From: Tubiluchus corallicola | Lineage: Eukaryota; Animalia; Priapulida | Length of the DNA: 64,000 bases | Assembly (NCBI GenBank): GCA_030141605.1 | Contig: JAQGDQ010000079.1 | Span: 372,001-436,000, forward strand | Direction of reading: 5' to 3' | Notes under the pieces: model-generated | The model's input: the letters and a program-made list of their open reading frames with translations, nothing else | What the model was told of the DNA's origin: nothing | Databases searched by the model: none | Translations under genes and position numbers: made by a program | Part shown: positions 35,240 through 50,295 of the stretch, piece by piece | Layout of the letters: each line of letters opens with the position of its first letter | Position numbering within the stretch: position 1 is the stretch's first letter

Positions 35240-38200
35240 ATGTATGGCCTGTTGTTACAGTCCATTTCTGAGTATCTTAGAAATACTCTGGGAGATGGAA
35301 AATGGGATGAAATCCGTCAGAGAGCCGGTGTCCGGCACCATTCTTTTGTTACACACAAGACATACTCTGAAACTATTATTCCCCGAATCTGTCAAGCGAC
35401 AATAGAGATGACGGGTGTGAGTCGCGATGACTTAATGGAAAGTTTTGGCACGTCCTTCGTCCAGTATGTTGGTGGCTACAGCTACGATAGACTTTTGAAG
35501 GTACTAGGAAGAAATCTTCGCGATTTCTTAAATGGTTTGGATAATCTACACGAATATCTACGTTTCACTTACCCCAAGATGAAGAGCCCCTCATTCATTG
35601 TTGAAAAAGAGAGTCGCCATGGTATCGTCATTCGTTACAGGTCTCGGCGGAAAGGATTCCAGACCTACGTTAGAGGACAGATCAGACACATAGGTGCGAT
35701 AATATATCAGCAGGACATCAAGATTGAAACGGTTAAAGAAGAAATCAGTAAAGAGAGAGTCGACGTGGTAATGAAACTCGTCTTTAACAACACTGCTTAC
35801 GATGCTGGAAATCTGCAAGAGCAAGCGGAACAGGTGGAAAGAGCGTTGCCTATCAGATCTTCGCTGTTCTTTTCAATGTTTCCGTTTCACATTGTTTTTA
35901 ACCGAATGTTGAGTATTCAACACGCTGGAGGTGGTTTGCAGTGCGCCTTGGCCGGAGACATTGTGGGCCAAAGCATAGACGAAGTATTTAGCATCGTGCG
36001 TCCATTCATCGACTTCAGCTGGGAAAACGTATGTATAAATCATTCCATCAAATCTTTATTAAGCATTAAAAATTTACCAGTAAAAGCTAAAAACATGCGA
36101 ATTGATGAAGTAGGACTTGCACAGTGTGAGCGCAAGTCAATCTGGGTGCGTCACGTGAAATGTGTTGTTGTTGATACAGTGAGTATTTTTAATTCCATGT
36201 GAGGCTAGAATTTCTTTAGTTGTTTCTATGAACTTTTCCAGTGCATCGTCCCCCTTTCTCTCCTCTCTGTCTCTCACTCTCTCACTCTCTCTTTCTTCTC
36301 GCGTTCTCCTTGCGAACATTGTTTTACCCATCCCTGTCCCGCTTGTTTTAATTTACGTTTTGGTGGGTAGAAGACTAACAAAATGCTACCACTCAAAACC
36401 AACAGCAAGTTGCAATGAACACGTAGCTTTTAATCAAATTTAGTACTGATATTTGCAGTTCAAGCTAACTGGCAGCTTATATTAACTGTTGATATTATGA
36501 TGACAGATCTACAATAACGTTTGCAGCCATGCCATGCTACCGAACGATGACTATGACACGGTAGCGACAACGACCAAGACAACAATAATGACAGTGGCAA
36601 TAACAACAAGAACAATAAGCAACATTTATTATAGGCCAACAAAAAATTAATGATTTTATATCCCCAACCTGATCATTGTATTTATCTGCTTGTCTATGCT
36701 GTCTACTTAGGCAGTTTACTTTGGGGATTCGTGGTAAACACACAGTCTCAATTAAGCAGGTAATCAGCTGATTTTGCTGAGAAGTCTGATAATGTCAAGA
36801 AGCCAGCAGAACGAATGTGTGAATCTTGATTTAAACTACTGTATTTATACAGACGTTAAGGTTGGCCTTTAATTACCCTGTTACGGAAAGACTAGAAAAC
36901 CAGTTGGCAAAATTATTCATTGGAAAATTGTCAACTTTTCATTGTGTAATTACAGAAAATTATGGCAGCATTTTTTTGCCTCTTTATATGACGCCTAAAT
37001 TTTGGCCTCGATATTTCAGTGTTGGCCTTAATATTTTAAAGATTGTTGACTAAAAATGTGCATAAAACTTCAGTCGAGCATATACAATGTAAAATTGTCA
37101 ATATTCCAACAGTTTGACAGTTTGCGGTCTTAATTCCGTCGAATGTACCCTAAATCCCTCTTGGAGTAATTTCCCTGGTTGAAAATCTATATTATGACCA
37201 ATCACGTAAATTGTAGAAAATGCCACACTCACTTACTTACTGCTGCCGCTTTTCTGCGTATTATTCATCTAGTTAAGAAAGAGCATTTGGGTGTTCTAAG
37301 GGCAGCAGGTTTTATATGAATGAAGCCATATGCAAGAGGAAAGCACATTATATGCTGAAGGGTTATAAAATGTTTATAAGCACTTACAGCACAAGTAAAT
37401 TACTGTCAAAAATACAGAAACAGAATACACTAATATGCGATTCGTGACCATTGTATTACTAATTTGAAAGGTTATTTAGTAAGTATACATAAACTAGACA
37501 TTAATTTTACAGAATTAGAGTACTATTTATGCGTATGATTCAGTAGCATAAGGCAGACTATAAAAACTAGCTGTTTGCTTTACAGACTTTTATTTTCTAC
37601 TCATTGCAAAAAAAGGTGAAATTGCAATCCAAACAAGAAAAAATAAAGCAATAGCAAACGTGCAAATAAGGAACAAACATTAACAAATTAATAGCAAACA
37701 TACTGAAGCAGAAAATGACTCAAAATGAAAAACCATTACATACGCCATTACACCTGCACACGCACGCACGTCTACACAAAAACATGTATAGGCATGCACT
37801 TTAAACAATTCACAAAAAGTCAATAATTTGATATGATTGTGACAAAATGAATACCACCAGAAACTATTAAGCCAAATGTAACATGTGACGGAATTTCGGT
37901 CTAAGGACTTCAAGCAAAATATGTAAATGTTTAAACTCTGCGTAGATCGTTACATGATTAATTGTTTATAGGGAGCCAGTAAGTACTGGATATAACCTCG
38001 ATGTTCAATCACCAAATGTAAATTAACACTAAACAGTATTGGATTACTATAAAGAAATCGACACTTTTGTAGCTTTATTGATATTATAGCTGAGTTCAAT
38101 TAATGTAAAATTCAAAGGATGTAAATAAATGAAATTTGTTGTATGATAGCAAAATAAAGCTCTTAATACACTGACAAAAACGGCTTTCTAATTAGCATTT

Positions 38201-41200
38201 ATACAGTTAAGTTATGAGCAATATAACGAGCAATGTGTGCATAAAATAAAGCCCTACACTAAAGATGGGATTGTAAGAAAGCAAGTTAGTGGGAGGCGCC
38301 TTAGACCACCAAGAAAACCATTGTTGGGTCCGAAATGTTGTTGTCAACATTCATTCACTGCTTTTTATTAACATGGCTGCTTTTAACATCCAAACGTAAG
38401 CAGCTCTCTACCTGAACTAATTTTTTAAAATTTTTCTAATTTTCTAAACCACCTATTCTGGCTTCCACTCACTGTACATGTATATTATCAAGGTGTATCT
38501 GTATGGCATATCTAGAATTACATCTCCATGCGGATGTGCGAAACAAGTGAAGTTTTTTCGAAGATACACACATCTTGGTGTCAATGTGTTGAATATTCAT
38601 CTATGATGATATTTTGGTAATTCAATCACTAATGGGGAGTTAGTTGATACGAAGGAAAATAAAGATTTGGGCTACCCATCACCTAAATTAAACACGGATC
38701 TGCCTTCAGTTAGCTTAATAAAACACAGGATAAAAAAGTAACAGCCGCCTAGTAGCAAAATAAGTCAAAAATTATGCAACAAAAATTAATCAACTCAAAT
38801 AAGCAAATGACAGCAGACATATCATATCGAGAATCTTACACCAGCAAATAAAATACTGCAAAGCTCTACATAACGTTTGAGGATCTGTATAGCAAACTTC
38901 AAGATAATTTTCAGAAATCAACAGAGACATACTGAAATATAACAGCGGTATACCGAAACGTGGCGAAACAAAATAAAAAAACATAAAACGATATACGTAT
39001 ATGTTTTTAATGGTTTCCTATACAAATAACGATTTTGACATAATTATTTTTACTGGCTAGATGACAATTAACGAACTATGCACTTTAGAAACGAAACACA
39101 GTAAAATGACACGTATGTATAGCATTTGCTTCCTTTAAATTTCTATACTAAAATTGTCTATACTATACTGTCTTTTTCTGCTTAAATGTGCGATGCGAAT
39201 GTGTAGCCGTCAAAGTGTTCCCTGGTGAAATTTACTGTAATTACATATTCAGGAAGCACACTTTCACTACTTGATATTTCTTGAACATAATAATTAGAGC
39301 CTATTATTTGTTTGTACCTTATGAAATTGAATGAGTCCTATAATAACTATCGTATATCAAGATGAGAGCAGTAGCTGTAATTAATATTTTGCTCAGGACC
39401 ATATTTAGTCATATAACGGGATTCTTAAAAGCTTACTCTATTAGATTCTATGAAGTAACGCCATTATTGCTGTAGTGGCTTACATTCATTACTATAATCT
39501 ACGAACTGATGATGGATGCGTCTAAGCTCTGTTAAAAGTAACTAGTAATCACTTTAATTAGCACCTCTAATTAAACCATCATGCAGAAGAAAGGGCATTA
39601 ATATATAGAAGACGTCATCATTATAATTATATACAGTAATTACGTTTATCACCTGCTACTTACATAGGACTTGCTTGTAAAATTGGCCAGCTGCCAGAGG
39701 ATATAGTGCACTTTCTTGTAGCATGCTATCTATATAATTTGTTTAATTACAAGCCTGCACGTATGTATACTCCAGATACACTGAATAGGTCATTCCCTTT
39801 GAGAAATTCCGCGGAGCTTAAAAATTTCAAGTCAATGTATGTTTGCCTGATTGTTTATTTCTTATTTATTCATTTGTACACAGTTGTTCCTTTTTACGTT
39901 CGCTTCTTCGTGCATATGCATATGCACATTTACTTGCTCATTTGCTCATTTCTTTGTTCATTTGTTAGTCCGTTCGTTCGTTTGTTTATGCGTTTTATTT
40001 GCTTGGTTGCTAGAATGATTTAATGACTTTCTTGCTGGATGACTGGTTATTGAATAGTTAGTTATTTGGACGTTAGTTGGTCGAATGATCATGCAGAAGT
40101 CGCTATGTCTCATACCATGACTCAAAATTTAACACTGACGTTTAATACTGTCACTAGCACTTGCTGTATTACATGCAATTTTCAGATTTTGGGACATACA
40201 AACAATATCTTTGAATTGGCTTCAATACATCCGGTAGGCCACAATGAAAATGACATTGAAGAAGAAGATGATTATGGAGGTTAGTGCATACAACTGTCTT
40301 CCTACGTTAGTTTAGTGCTTGTACTGTATTTCTACTGAATCAAAACGAAAACAAATGAAATTATAAAAAAATGAATGAATGGATGGATGGATGGATGGAT
40401 GGATGGATGGATGGATGGATGGATGGATGGATGGATGGATGGATGAATGAATGAATGAATGAATGAATGAATGAATGAATGAATGATTGAATGAATAGGT
40501 GAATGAATGAATAATCTTAGTAATGTAATAGATCCATTAATTTAGTAATATAATAAATGAATTTAATTGGTTAGTTACATGACTTTTTTTGAAATTTTAT
40601 GTCTGAAACTGTGTATATAAAACTACGGATGTGTTGAGCATGTAACCAATAAATGATGGAATGGACAATTGTTATATAATGTGTCAAGATGTTGGGTTTG
40701 TAAATCAGTTTTCTAGTTTCAAATTATTGCCCAGTTTCGGTATATTCACATGTCTGGTTTTAAAATGTATATTATTACAACAATCTGTACCTTAAAATCC
40801 TCAATCAACATCTATAGAACATGTAAATGTTGATGTGAGACAGTGAAAACAAGCAATTTCCTTTCAAAATTGCCTTGCTTTAAAATAAAAATAATTCACA
40901 GCTACGTACAATTACGTACTGGAATTACGTACAATACATTTACGTTACGTATAATTCTGCTTATCAAACTGATTTACAGCTAATGCGATGAAACTCAGAT
41001 ACCGATTTAAAGATGATCTTGGGGACTCTGGATCTGTGCACTGTGAGTTTGTTTATTTTAGTTAATAGTAGTTCTAAAACAAGTCTACGCAGTACAAATA
41101 TGGCAAATCAAATTGCTATTTTATGTATGTGTTCAATCCCATGAATTTTTATGTGAAATATAGCAATTTCCTATTAAAATTTAAAAATTGCTGCAAAATA

Positions 41201-44200
41201 AAAATAATTCGCAGGTATTAAATAATGCCTTGGTTTTACACTATATTCTATGATATCAGATCCCCCAATAAGGTTAACAGCTAATCAGAATTCCTAGTCC
41301 TTCTCCTTTAATTCAGCTCTAGCCTACTGACAAACATCTCTACTTTTCTTCTTTCCATTATTTTCATTTTTATCAAATTCTTGTCTGTCTCCATCTCTCA
41401 AATTTTTCGTTTTGGTTTGTTAAGTCATATTTTCTTTTATTTGCATTATACTATGTTGTAGTATTTGCAAACAGATTAGTCCGACTGACTAAGTTTCAAG
41501 AAAGACCAATCTGTGTGCATCACCAAACTGTGTGCATACTAAAAAGAATTTGTCCCTCATATTGAATGTGCTAAAATTTGTGTATTTTTGATGTATTTTG
41601 AAAAAATTAATAATAAATCTTGAAAATATATAATCTGATCACAGTTTTATACTTATAGCCGCTTCCCGTAGCTCCCGCACGGGTCGCAGTGACACAGAAA
41701 TGTCAGACATTTTGCATCTTAAAGGGCAAATGATGCATATGAGTGACTGGAATAGTATCATTTTTCTCGGGACACCTGTGTGAGCATTTATACCGTTTGT
41801 TTTTCTATTGTAACGTAAATATTGATTGTTTTGTTCTTTAAACGGGGCGGAAACAACATAATAAAAAACTCTTACCTGAGTAGAACTGATTATGGTTTTT
41901 GTTAGATTATGTACCTCATTATGATACTGTCTGATGACTGGGTTTAGAGAGGATTTCAGAACGGCTAAGCGGTCGTACCAAAATTACAGCCTAATTGCCA
42001 AGTAGAGTAGTGCCATACTTTGTGCTTCCGCACGTAAAAAATTTGTCCATTTTTATTAATAACGAAATTCTTGGGTAGGAATTTTTGTGGTGTCTATAAC
42101 AAGCAAGATGAGCTACACGAGCTGAAATCGAGTATTCCTTTTAAAAATTGATTTAGTCGGGCTTCAATTCCTTGCAAGTTCATGTATATTCTCTTTATTA
42201 CAATAAACAAATAAGTGTAAAAACATTTTCGTAATTCATCTTGATGGAGTAATCGAAACTGTTATACGATTTTTTAGCTTGCAAGACTTAGATGCTATGA
42301 TGAATGTTGGCTTGTATATCAATGATCTGAGCATGCATGACTCCAGTAGAGACCTTGTACTTGCTGGAACACAGCAATCTGCCGAGTTAAAGATGGCGCT
42401 TGATCAGGTAATGAAATTAAAACAACCGTGATTAGGACCTTGGTAACAGGTATAGAGGCCTAGTTTTCAAAGCAAATAAGTTAATTATTGTGACGTCCGT
42501 GATTTATCTGATTAAATCAAGAATTTATCGGTAATATTGAAAATTGTTTTGTTTGCTTCTATTCGGAATACATGTCTGTGAACTATGTTTAAATGGAAAG
42601 GTTCACTGAACCCTCGTGTCAGCATGTATCAGAAATTTGTAGGAAAAAAGTGTTTGTGGTATCATAACGAAGGCGCCCCATATCACAGGCGGTACCCCAC
42701 ATATCACAATAATCTTTTTAACGAGTTACTTTTAAAGATGTAATACTAATTAAAATAACTATGCATACGATAGAGAAGTTTGTAGGCTGATTGCCACCCT
42801 TTAAGTAAGTAGCTAATGGCACTGAGTCTAACGAAAACGGGAAATTAATAACTAGAACGAAAATATTGGCGTAAATTACGGTCTAATTATAAACTTGTCC
42901 TAAACTTCTAGCAGAATTAACATCACTTATTTCGGCATTCGATAGTTATTATAGACCAATTATTTTATTTAAGCATGTGCCGAATGTTACATTCCTGCAT
43001 TTATCTTATTAGCGTTGCGTGCTGAATTAATTACACAGTCCGGTCAGGCAAACAGTAAATCGCATGGGAGAGAAATTAAGCTTATTAAGTCGTGTTGTTA
43101 GTATTTGAGGACAAAATACTGTAGCGCATTTTAGCCAAGCTTGTTTACGAAAACATAATTATGGTTTGGCAATCATTTGCATTGTTGTGACGTCTTGAAC
43201 ATGGCGGTGTCGCCATCAACTGAAACTCCATGTGTTCGTCATCGTCATCATAGTCATTTTCAGAGTCAGTCTCGTCGTATATGCCACTATTTTCACCATG
43301 AACATGACAGCTACCGTCACCTCATCATCACGTGACCATCATCATCGTCATCGTCATCGCCGTCATCATCATCATCGTTGTCGTCGTCGCCATCATCCTC
43401 ATCATTCTTACCAATGTCTTTACTACATTTATTGTAAAAATGTGGACGTTAATTTTTGAGGTTTTTGTAGGCCGTCCTATCTACTAGATCCGCTACAATT
43501 CCTATTCTACTTTTATCACAGGAGCAACAGAAGAGCAAGAAACTGGAAGAAAGCATGAAAAAGTTGGACATGGAAATGTCTAGGACTGATGAGCTGTTGT
43601 ATCAGATGATTCCGAAACAAGTTGCAGATAGGCTGCGATCTGGAGAACCTTCAGTTAATACTTGTGAGGTAGAGAGATGACTTACATATGAAACTTTTGT
43701 AACATTGTATAATAATACATTCCCTCTCAGTCTGTCTAGTTACTGTGCAAAAAAGTTACAGCTAGTAAAATATAAATACAACTTATAAATCTAGCAGTAT
43801 TTGTATTAAATTTGCCACGTGCTGAAATTGTTCTGTTTACTAGCGATGCTTTAAAAACTTAAAACTATGGCATAAAATGCCTTCAACCATAAAAACAGTT
43901 GTTCTTAACTTAGAGTCACTAGGCTTACTGTCTATTATCTGAATTTGATTGATTAATCTGTGCAGAATAGTCCCGTGTATAAGTACATATAGGCGTATTG
44001 CTGTGACAAGTGTGAACGCCGTAGGCTTCAATCTTAATTAAAGCCCAATCCACTGAATATATCAGGTGCGAGGAAATTATAGTCTGTGTTCAGTTACAAT
44101 ATTTTCATGTCTTGTAGGTATTTTCCAATGTCACCATTCTCTTCAGTGACGTTGTGGGATTCACAACAATCTGCAGCAAAATAACACCCATGGAGGTGGT

Positions 44201-47200
44201 TTCAATGCTCAATGCAATGTATACAAAGTTTGATCAGCTCATAGAACTCCATAGAGTTTACAAGGTCTGCTTTTATGAATGTAAACAAGTTTATTTGAGA
44301 AGAAGGAATGCGCTAGATTTGTCTTAACTTTGTTTTGTTTTTATAGTAAGAGTTCAACTTAATTATCTATGCACTTTTCAGTTATTTTTGTTTATTACGT
44401 TTTCCGTTTCAAGGTATCTAATGTAGTCATTATTAAATTCTTTGTTACAAGTCATTTGCGTGAAGGCCTAACTACAAGGTGGACGTTAGATTTGAATTTG
44501 TAAAAACAGTACGATCATTGTTTGATTTATTACTTCTCATACTTCTGCATTATTTCTCAGAAGCAATCAGTTAGGTGTGCACACGTGAACAACGCTAAGT
44601 AGGTAGAGTTTGTTTTATCCTCAGAATTAACAATAAAGAATAACAATGCTTAACTAAAGTTTCTTCTTAGGTAATAAATTGAACTTGACACACTCAGAAA
44701 GAAATCACAAATATATCATAATGGCGTGGTAGAAAAAATTTAACAGGTAAAGGTGAAATTACGTAGGTAAGCTATGACACTTTACAAGTCATTACAACAT
44801 AGAATTTCAGAGTGGTCTCTTAATTCCTGTAACAAAATTTTTTGTTTCCGTCAGCAAAGCTTCATTAATAGATACTGGTAAAGCATCCGAACCGTATATA
44901 AGTAATTTCATCCTTTCATTGTCAGCAGTTAAGCTTTAAAATATTAAAAAAGGCTGAAGTAAAGAAAATACACTATCAGTATAATTGATTCTAAGATTTG
45001 CATAAGCAGAGCAATATAACAGGTAATGAGTACGGTTTTCAATACACAATTTACAGTTACTGCAGACAAATGAAAGACATAAATTACGTTCTTATAGAGA
45101 ATAGTTTAAAGCATTTTTATCAAGATGTCAAAGTTGCATGGTAGAGTTACATGTATAACAAAGTTGCGTGTATAGATAGAGTCACAATGCTAACTGGATA
45201 AACGTTTTACGCAAGTTCATTGTTCACAATTTAATATTGTGCAAAATTTGTAGTATGCGGTTACAACGTATATTGTACTTCTCTAAATTATATCTGTTTT
45301 ACCTATTAAATCTTGTAACCGAAAAATGATTTAGTTATATAATCAGTTATATATAAATATAATACCCATTTCTGGTCTCTTGTTGTTATCTTGTAGCTAC
45401 AAATGTTAGCCAAGTATGAAATTAATCATAATTTTCTATCGCCATTTTTGAAACTGTGCAAGATGTTTTTCGGTAGTCTGCACTGCATCATAAGTTTCTA
45501 GAAACAATGCAAGCAGTTTCTTCATGCTACGATGTAAAAGCTTCTTCAAATAAAAATTTCTTGTCAAAATGGCAAAGCTTTTAAAAAATTATACTAGAAG
45601 GTTCTTGACGTAACGTACGTCACATAAGTATCTTAAAACGATGCGAGAACGTCGCCCAGAGATTTCTAAGCACTCTTAAGCAGTTTCTGTAAGCACCTTT
45701 CCCGAATAAATTTCCCAAGTCTTTAAGTGAAGCGCTTCAAAATAGTGATTGTATATCAAGTGATTTGACAAGCAGACCTTGCCTGTTTAGGTAGAAACCA
45801 TTGGAGACGCGTATATGGTTGTTGGCGGAGCGCCAACGGTCACGAAATATCACGCAACTCTAATATGTGACATGGCACTGGACATGTGTGACGTTATCAC
45901 GGAAATTAAGGATCCTGCAAGTAGTGAATGCTTAAACTGTAGAGTTGGTGAGCATCTTACTAGCATTCAACAATTATTTCGTCTGTTTCCGAGAATGGTT
46001 CAGTTAAAATTAGCTATCTCCTCTACACCCTTCTTTCTGTGTTTGTGTATGTTATCCTTGCAGATATTATCCTTATTATACCAAACTAAAGAAGGTCAAG
46101 TGTTGCTGCGATTTTACACCTGTATGTAGGCTTACATACTCATTTTCTGAAGAATTTGGTGTAAGATGAACGTCATTGGTCAATAAGCTGCAAAACAAAA
46201 TTAAAAATCAAATTAGTCAGGACTTCTGAATTATCTCGTATTATCATTTTCATCTCAAACGGTCGTTTCTATCTGGTATTTGAATAAACGTACTGGTTTC
46301 TGTTTCGTAGTTTATACACATCTAGTAGATGCAATAAATGCACTTATTAAAACAACAGAGGAAAGCAGACAAACAAATAGAAGTTGTTTATAGAACTTTG
46401 ATGACGGCGCCAATACTAGAAGGTAATCATTGAATACTCCACGTAACCTACACATTCTTTTTTTTACATCACCAACCATTCGATCACTCAATTTACATGA
46501 ACATCTAAGAATTCTTACCCTTACCGTATAACCTACTTTTTAATTCTGATCGCGGTAATTGACTCAGAATTTTTTCCTCTTCCACAAGTTCACTAAAACA
46601 CGTATATTTATTAATTAATGAATACAGTCATTGAGTAATATAACACCTGGCAACAGGCGTGTCTATACGTCTGTTAACTGCTAATTAACTTGTTAATTTA
46701 TATTTTCTTACGACTTAGTAATATAGCTTCTTGTTGTCTATTTGTAAGAACTTAACGTAATAAGCTTCTGTAGGTAACTCTTAAAGTGCTAATGAACTAC
46801 CTTTGGCAGTAGCTAATAAACAGGAAGCAGGCGCCTAGGGACACCCGATGTTTGTCAGTTACAGCTTTTATGTCGCCCTTATATGTGTTATTAGGCTAGT
46901 AAGAACTAATTACAGAAAGGAAAGACCCATTTCTCGTAATATATTGGCACATGTTAATATGTACTGCTCCAGTTTTCTGCACCATTCTAGCTGAAGCTAG
47001 ATCGTGAGACACACAAACTCACAACTAGAGGTTTAGTGAAAAGAGACGCACCAACAAAATTTTCGTCGTAGGTTAGGATATTTGTGTGTCCTGAATTTTG
47101 AGACCCCTCAACTTCAAAAGTTGCGTAAAAATGTGCTAGTTTCAAAGTGCCGTGTACTCATTGCAGTGACGAGATGTAGAACTTCATCACAAATTATTTC

Positions 47201-50200
47201 TATTAATCAAGCTATTTCCAATAATTATTCACAACGTTTGGGCAGCGTGCTTCTTCCATCATCAGGCACCTACAGGCATTTAAAAACAATTAGAAACCAT
47301 ATTAAACTTAAGTATTAGTGTATAAGCTAAATAAAATTATTAATCTTATGCATACAAATTTAACAGATTTGAATTTTTAAATTAAGCTGACTATATAGTT
47401 ACTGTACTGATCAAAACAGCTATAATGCAATATGCAACTGTACATTAACAAGTTGACGGTATAGTCTACATTTTCGTATTGAGAAATTTTTTAAGATAGG
47501 CACTGTAACAATTGCAAGTTAGACATAAATTGTGAATAGGGAGCCATTGCCAACTGACTAATCACTAAGTTAGAACACCAGTAAGGGGGCTCTAGAGACG
47601 AGGCCCTAGAAACTTTAGTCAAACATTTGAAGTTAGTCTCAGGACTGAATCTGGTTTTTAAAATTTAACTGTTACAGATTCTTCTGTAAAAGTCCAATGT
47701 GTTGCTTTGGCATTGTGCTAAAACTGCGAAAAACAATTTGCACGGTCCTATAGGAACCTGAAAACGAGAGAATTAGTCATCAAGTGAAGTATAGATACAG
47801 AAACAATTTCATTTTGTTAGCTGTTTTGCACGCTTGTTATTGTATTAGCGCTGGATTGGATTAAATTTTTTTAGCTCACTAATGCTAAATGCGTGATTAC
47901 TATATAAGCTATTATTTTAGACACAGATTTTAGAAATGTCTGGAAATGTCCGATTATTAATGGGAACATTATCTGTCTGTGTGTGTATGCGTGCGCGCGC
48001 GTGTGTGCTACGTGAGTACGCGTGTGATTTCATTTGTTGAGTCCATACTAGCATGATCTGACTTTGCTTTTGACTCACATGTTTACGCAAATTGAAACAA
48101 CTGTGTCCAATTGATCAATGATACCCAGTAAAGTAAGGCATGCCAATGATGTCATAAAATTTGGTGGTTTGCGTTTCATGACAAATTATAAATTTCACCA
48201 TGCCTTGAGTTGGTACACCGTTTTGTAATTATTCATATATTTAAGTAACTTATGTCACGTATAAGATAGGCTTTAAAAAGTCCTTATTGCAGCACTTAGG
48301 TCGTTTCCGAGCTTCCAAAACAACAAGACTCGTAAAATCTTGTATGTGAATTAATGACCAAACATAACGCGTTAAATTCTTTTTTGGCAGGTATCCACTC
48401 GGGACCCTGTGTTGCTGGTGTTGTTGGAACGAAAATGCCTCGCTATTGTTTATTTGGTGACACGGTGAATACAGCGTCGAGAATGGAATCAAATGGTGAG
48501 GTAATGGAGGTCACTGTCCAACCATAAATTAATTACTTGCGGTTTTTGTTGTTCTTGTTCTTGTTGTTGTACACATTCCATAAAAACTGCTAAGACCACA
48601 TAATAAGCGATTGAATTGCAATCATATCTGGTATAGCATGTACATTGGGAAACTACCGACACAGTAACGGAGAGTTTTTCCCGACTTGTTCCCTTCAGGG
48701 GTACTTTGACTTAAGCCCCAAAAATCAAAGTTCCACGTCTCCGCCATTTCTTCATGAAATTGATGCTGACGTTCACACATGCATACCAGGAGCATAGCAG
48801 AGCCCATGTTTTGATTTTTCTGTTATTATTTATTTATATGTAATAAAGGAACTGTTTTTATAAAGACAAAATTAACCGGTTCCCGTACAGCTACTATCGT
48901 TAAATTTTTTCAGGCATTGAAAATACACATTAGCCAATCAACAAAAGATCAGTTACAGGGTGTTCAGAAATACAAAGTTGAAGAAAGAGGAAAAATGGAA
49001 ATAAAGGTAACATTAGAAATTTTTGAGAATATTTTGCATAATTATAAAAAGGAATAAAGAATTATACGCATGTTAAAATAAATGTAACTAACACCTTTGA
49101 AATCCATAGAACCACATCTGCGGAGATGGTGGTCTATATACTTTAAATGGCAACTTTTCAACACAATATTTTTAGCACGTCTAGAAAACCCATTTTTCTA
49201 AACAGTGAGCACATTTCACCAAATGTTCCAAAAAAGAGTTGTGTTTTTATAACTAACTTCGGAATGCACAGCATCGGTTTACTCGCTTATTGAGTTTTAT
49301 TGAGACAGTCTGCCCAGCCGTCTGGAACTGTAGTTTAGAATGCCTTTTAGTGTTGCCATAGTTCCGTTTATGGTAAAAATTTAAAATACTATGTTACTCT
49401 ATTGTGATGTTAGAATATTAAAAGTGGCTAAAAACTTATTATATGAACAACAGCAACCAGAACGAGAACGAGAGAGCGTCACATAAAAAAGATCTGCTTA
49501 TAAGGTGACATCGCAAGCGATTGGTTCTCCAAATTTTCGCGTTTTAATATTCTTTGAGAAAACGTAAATCAACATTTTTTTCAGGGTAAAGGTGACATGA
49601 AAACATACTGGTTATACAGAGCTGAAGGAAGCCAAAATTTCCTCAATACTCAGGCTTACATTCAGATGTTGGAGAAGGAAGAAGCCACGTCTAATGAAGT
49701 CAGAGATGTCGATGGTCGACCAAGATATTCCTCAGTCACTGCTGATGATGTAAGAAAGTCTTTAACGAATTTCCCTTCATCCACCAGCTTGAGTCGTAAA
49801 AATACGGATAATCCTTCTCCCCTTGGCCGTGGTTCTCCATATACACCAGTCATGCTCAACACTAAACATGACAGACAGTCCAACTTGGATTATTTTCCTG
49901 TTAGCAAAACGCCAGTTACTCCTATTGACACTCAAACAAAAACTGACTCAAATGAAACGGGGACGAAAAAAAAGCAAAATCAAACAACTCGGTCATTGCC
50001 AAATGCTGATTTTAGCGACAACAATAAAACAGTCATGAACGATTTCAGCGCCAGTCAGAAGGCTGCCAGCCAGAATTCACACTTTCGGGAAGAAGAGGGA
50101 AATAACTTAAACGATTCTAAGTCAAATTATTTCACAAACGCAAACAATGCAAACAAATGTCCAGCAGAAAGAAAAACTGAAAAGGAACAAGTCACTGTGG

Positions 50201-50295
50201 CTGAAAACACAACAGCTAACCCTGCCGCTAGAGTAAATCCTCGTAAACATGATGTAAAGAAAAGGCCTAAGAGTAGAATGTGCGTTGTAGCATAA
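35240..50295 (+). CDS. Gyc88E: Atypical soluble guanylate cyclase (H-NOX, PAS/HNOBA, coiled coil, cyclase; Gyc-88E/beta3-like); exons 35240-36028, 40186-40279, 40980-41042, 41659-41779, 42278-42407, 43522-43668, 44118-44264, 45791-45947, 48391-48500, 48914-49006, 49585-50295; about 853 aa
   Basis: MYGLL start, LDNLHEYL heme His, YRSRR (YxSxR), [93 protein letters not shown]. All junctions are GT-AG and phase-compatible. Confidence 0.93.
40371..40511. repeat. (GGAT)n(GAAT)n microsatellite
   Basis: Direct reading. Confidence 0.95.
42504..42708 (+). repeat. Dispersed repeat of about 200 bp, copy 2 (sGC intron 5)
   Basis: Colinear, high-identity match to 8239-8441. Confidence 0.85.
43238..43405. 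repeat. (CAT/CGT)n low-complexity tract
   Basis: Direct reading. Confidence 0.85.
47231..47268 (-). mobile_element. Degenerate PLE-type hammerhead relic in an sGC intron
   Basis: Minus strand reads GCCTGATGATGGAAG..CTGCCCAAACGTTGT. GAAA is mutated to CAAA and stem II has a mismatch. Confidence 0.4.

Noticed and set aside
36029-36202. C-terminal part of the 320-aa ORF, suggesting a stand-alone H-NOX protein
   Set aside because: Homology stops at the AAC|GTATGT donor and continues in exon 40186, so this is intron read-through.
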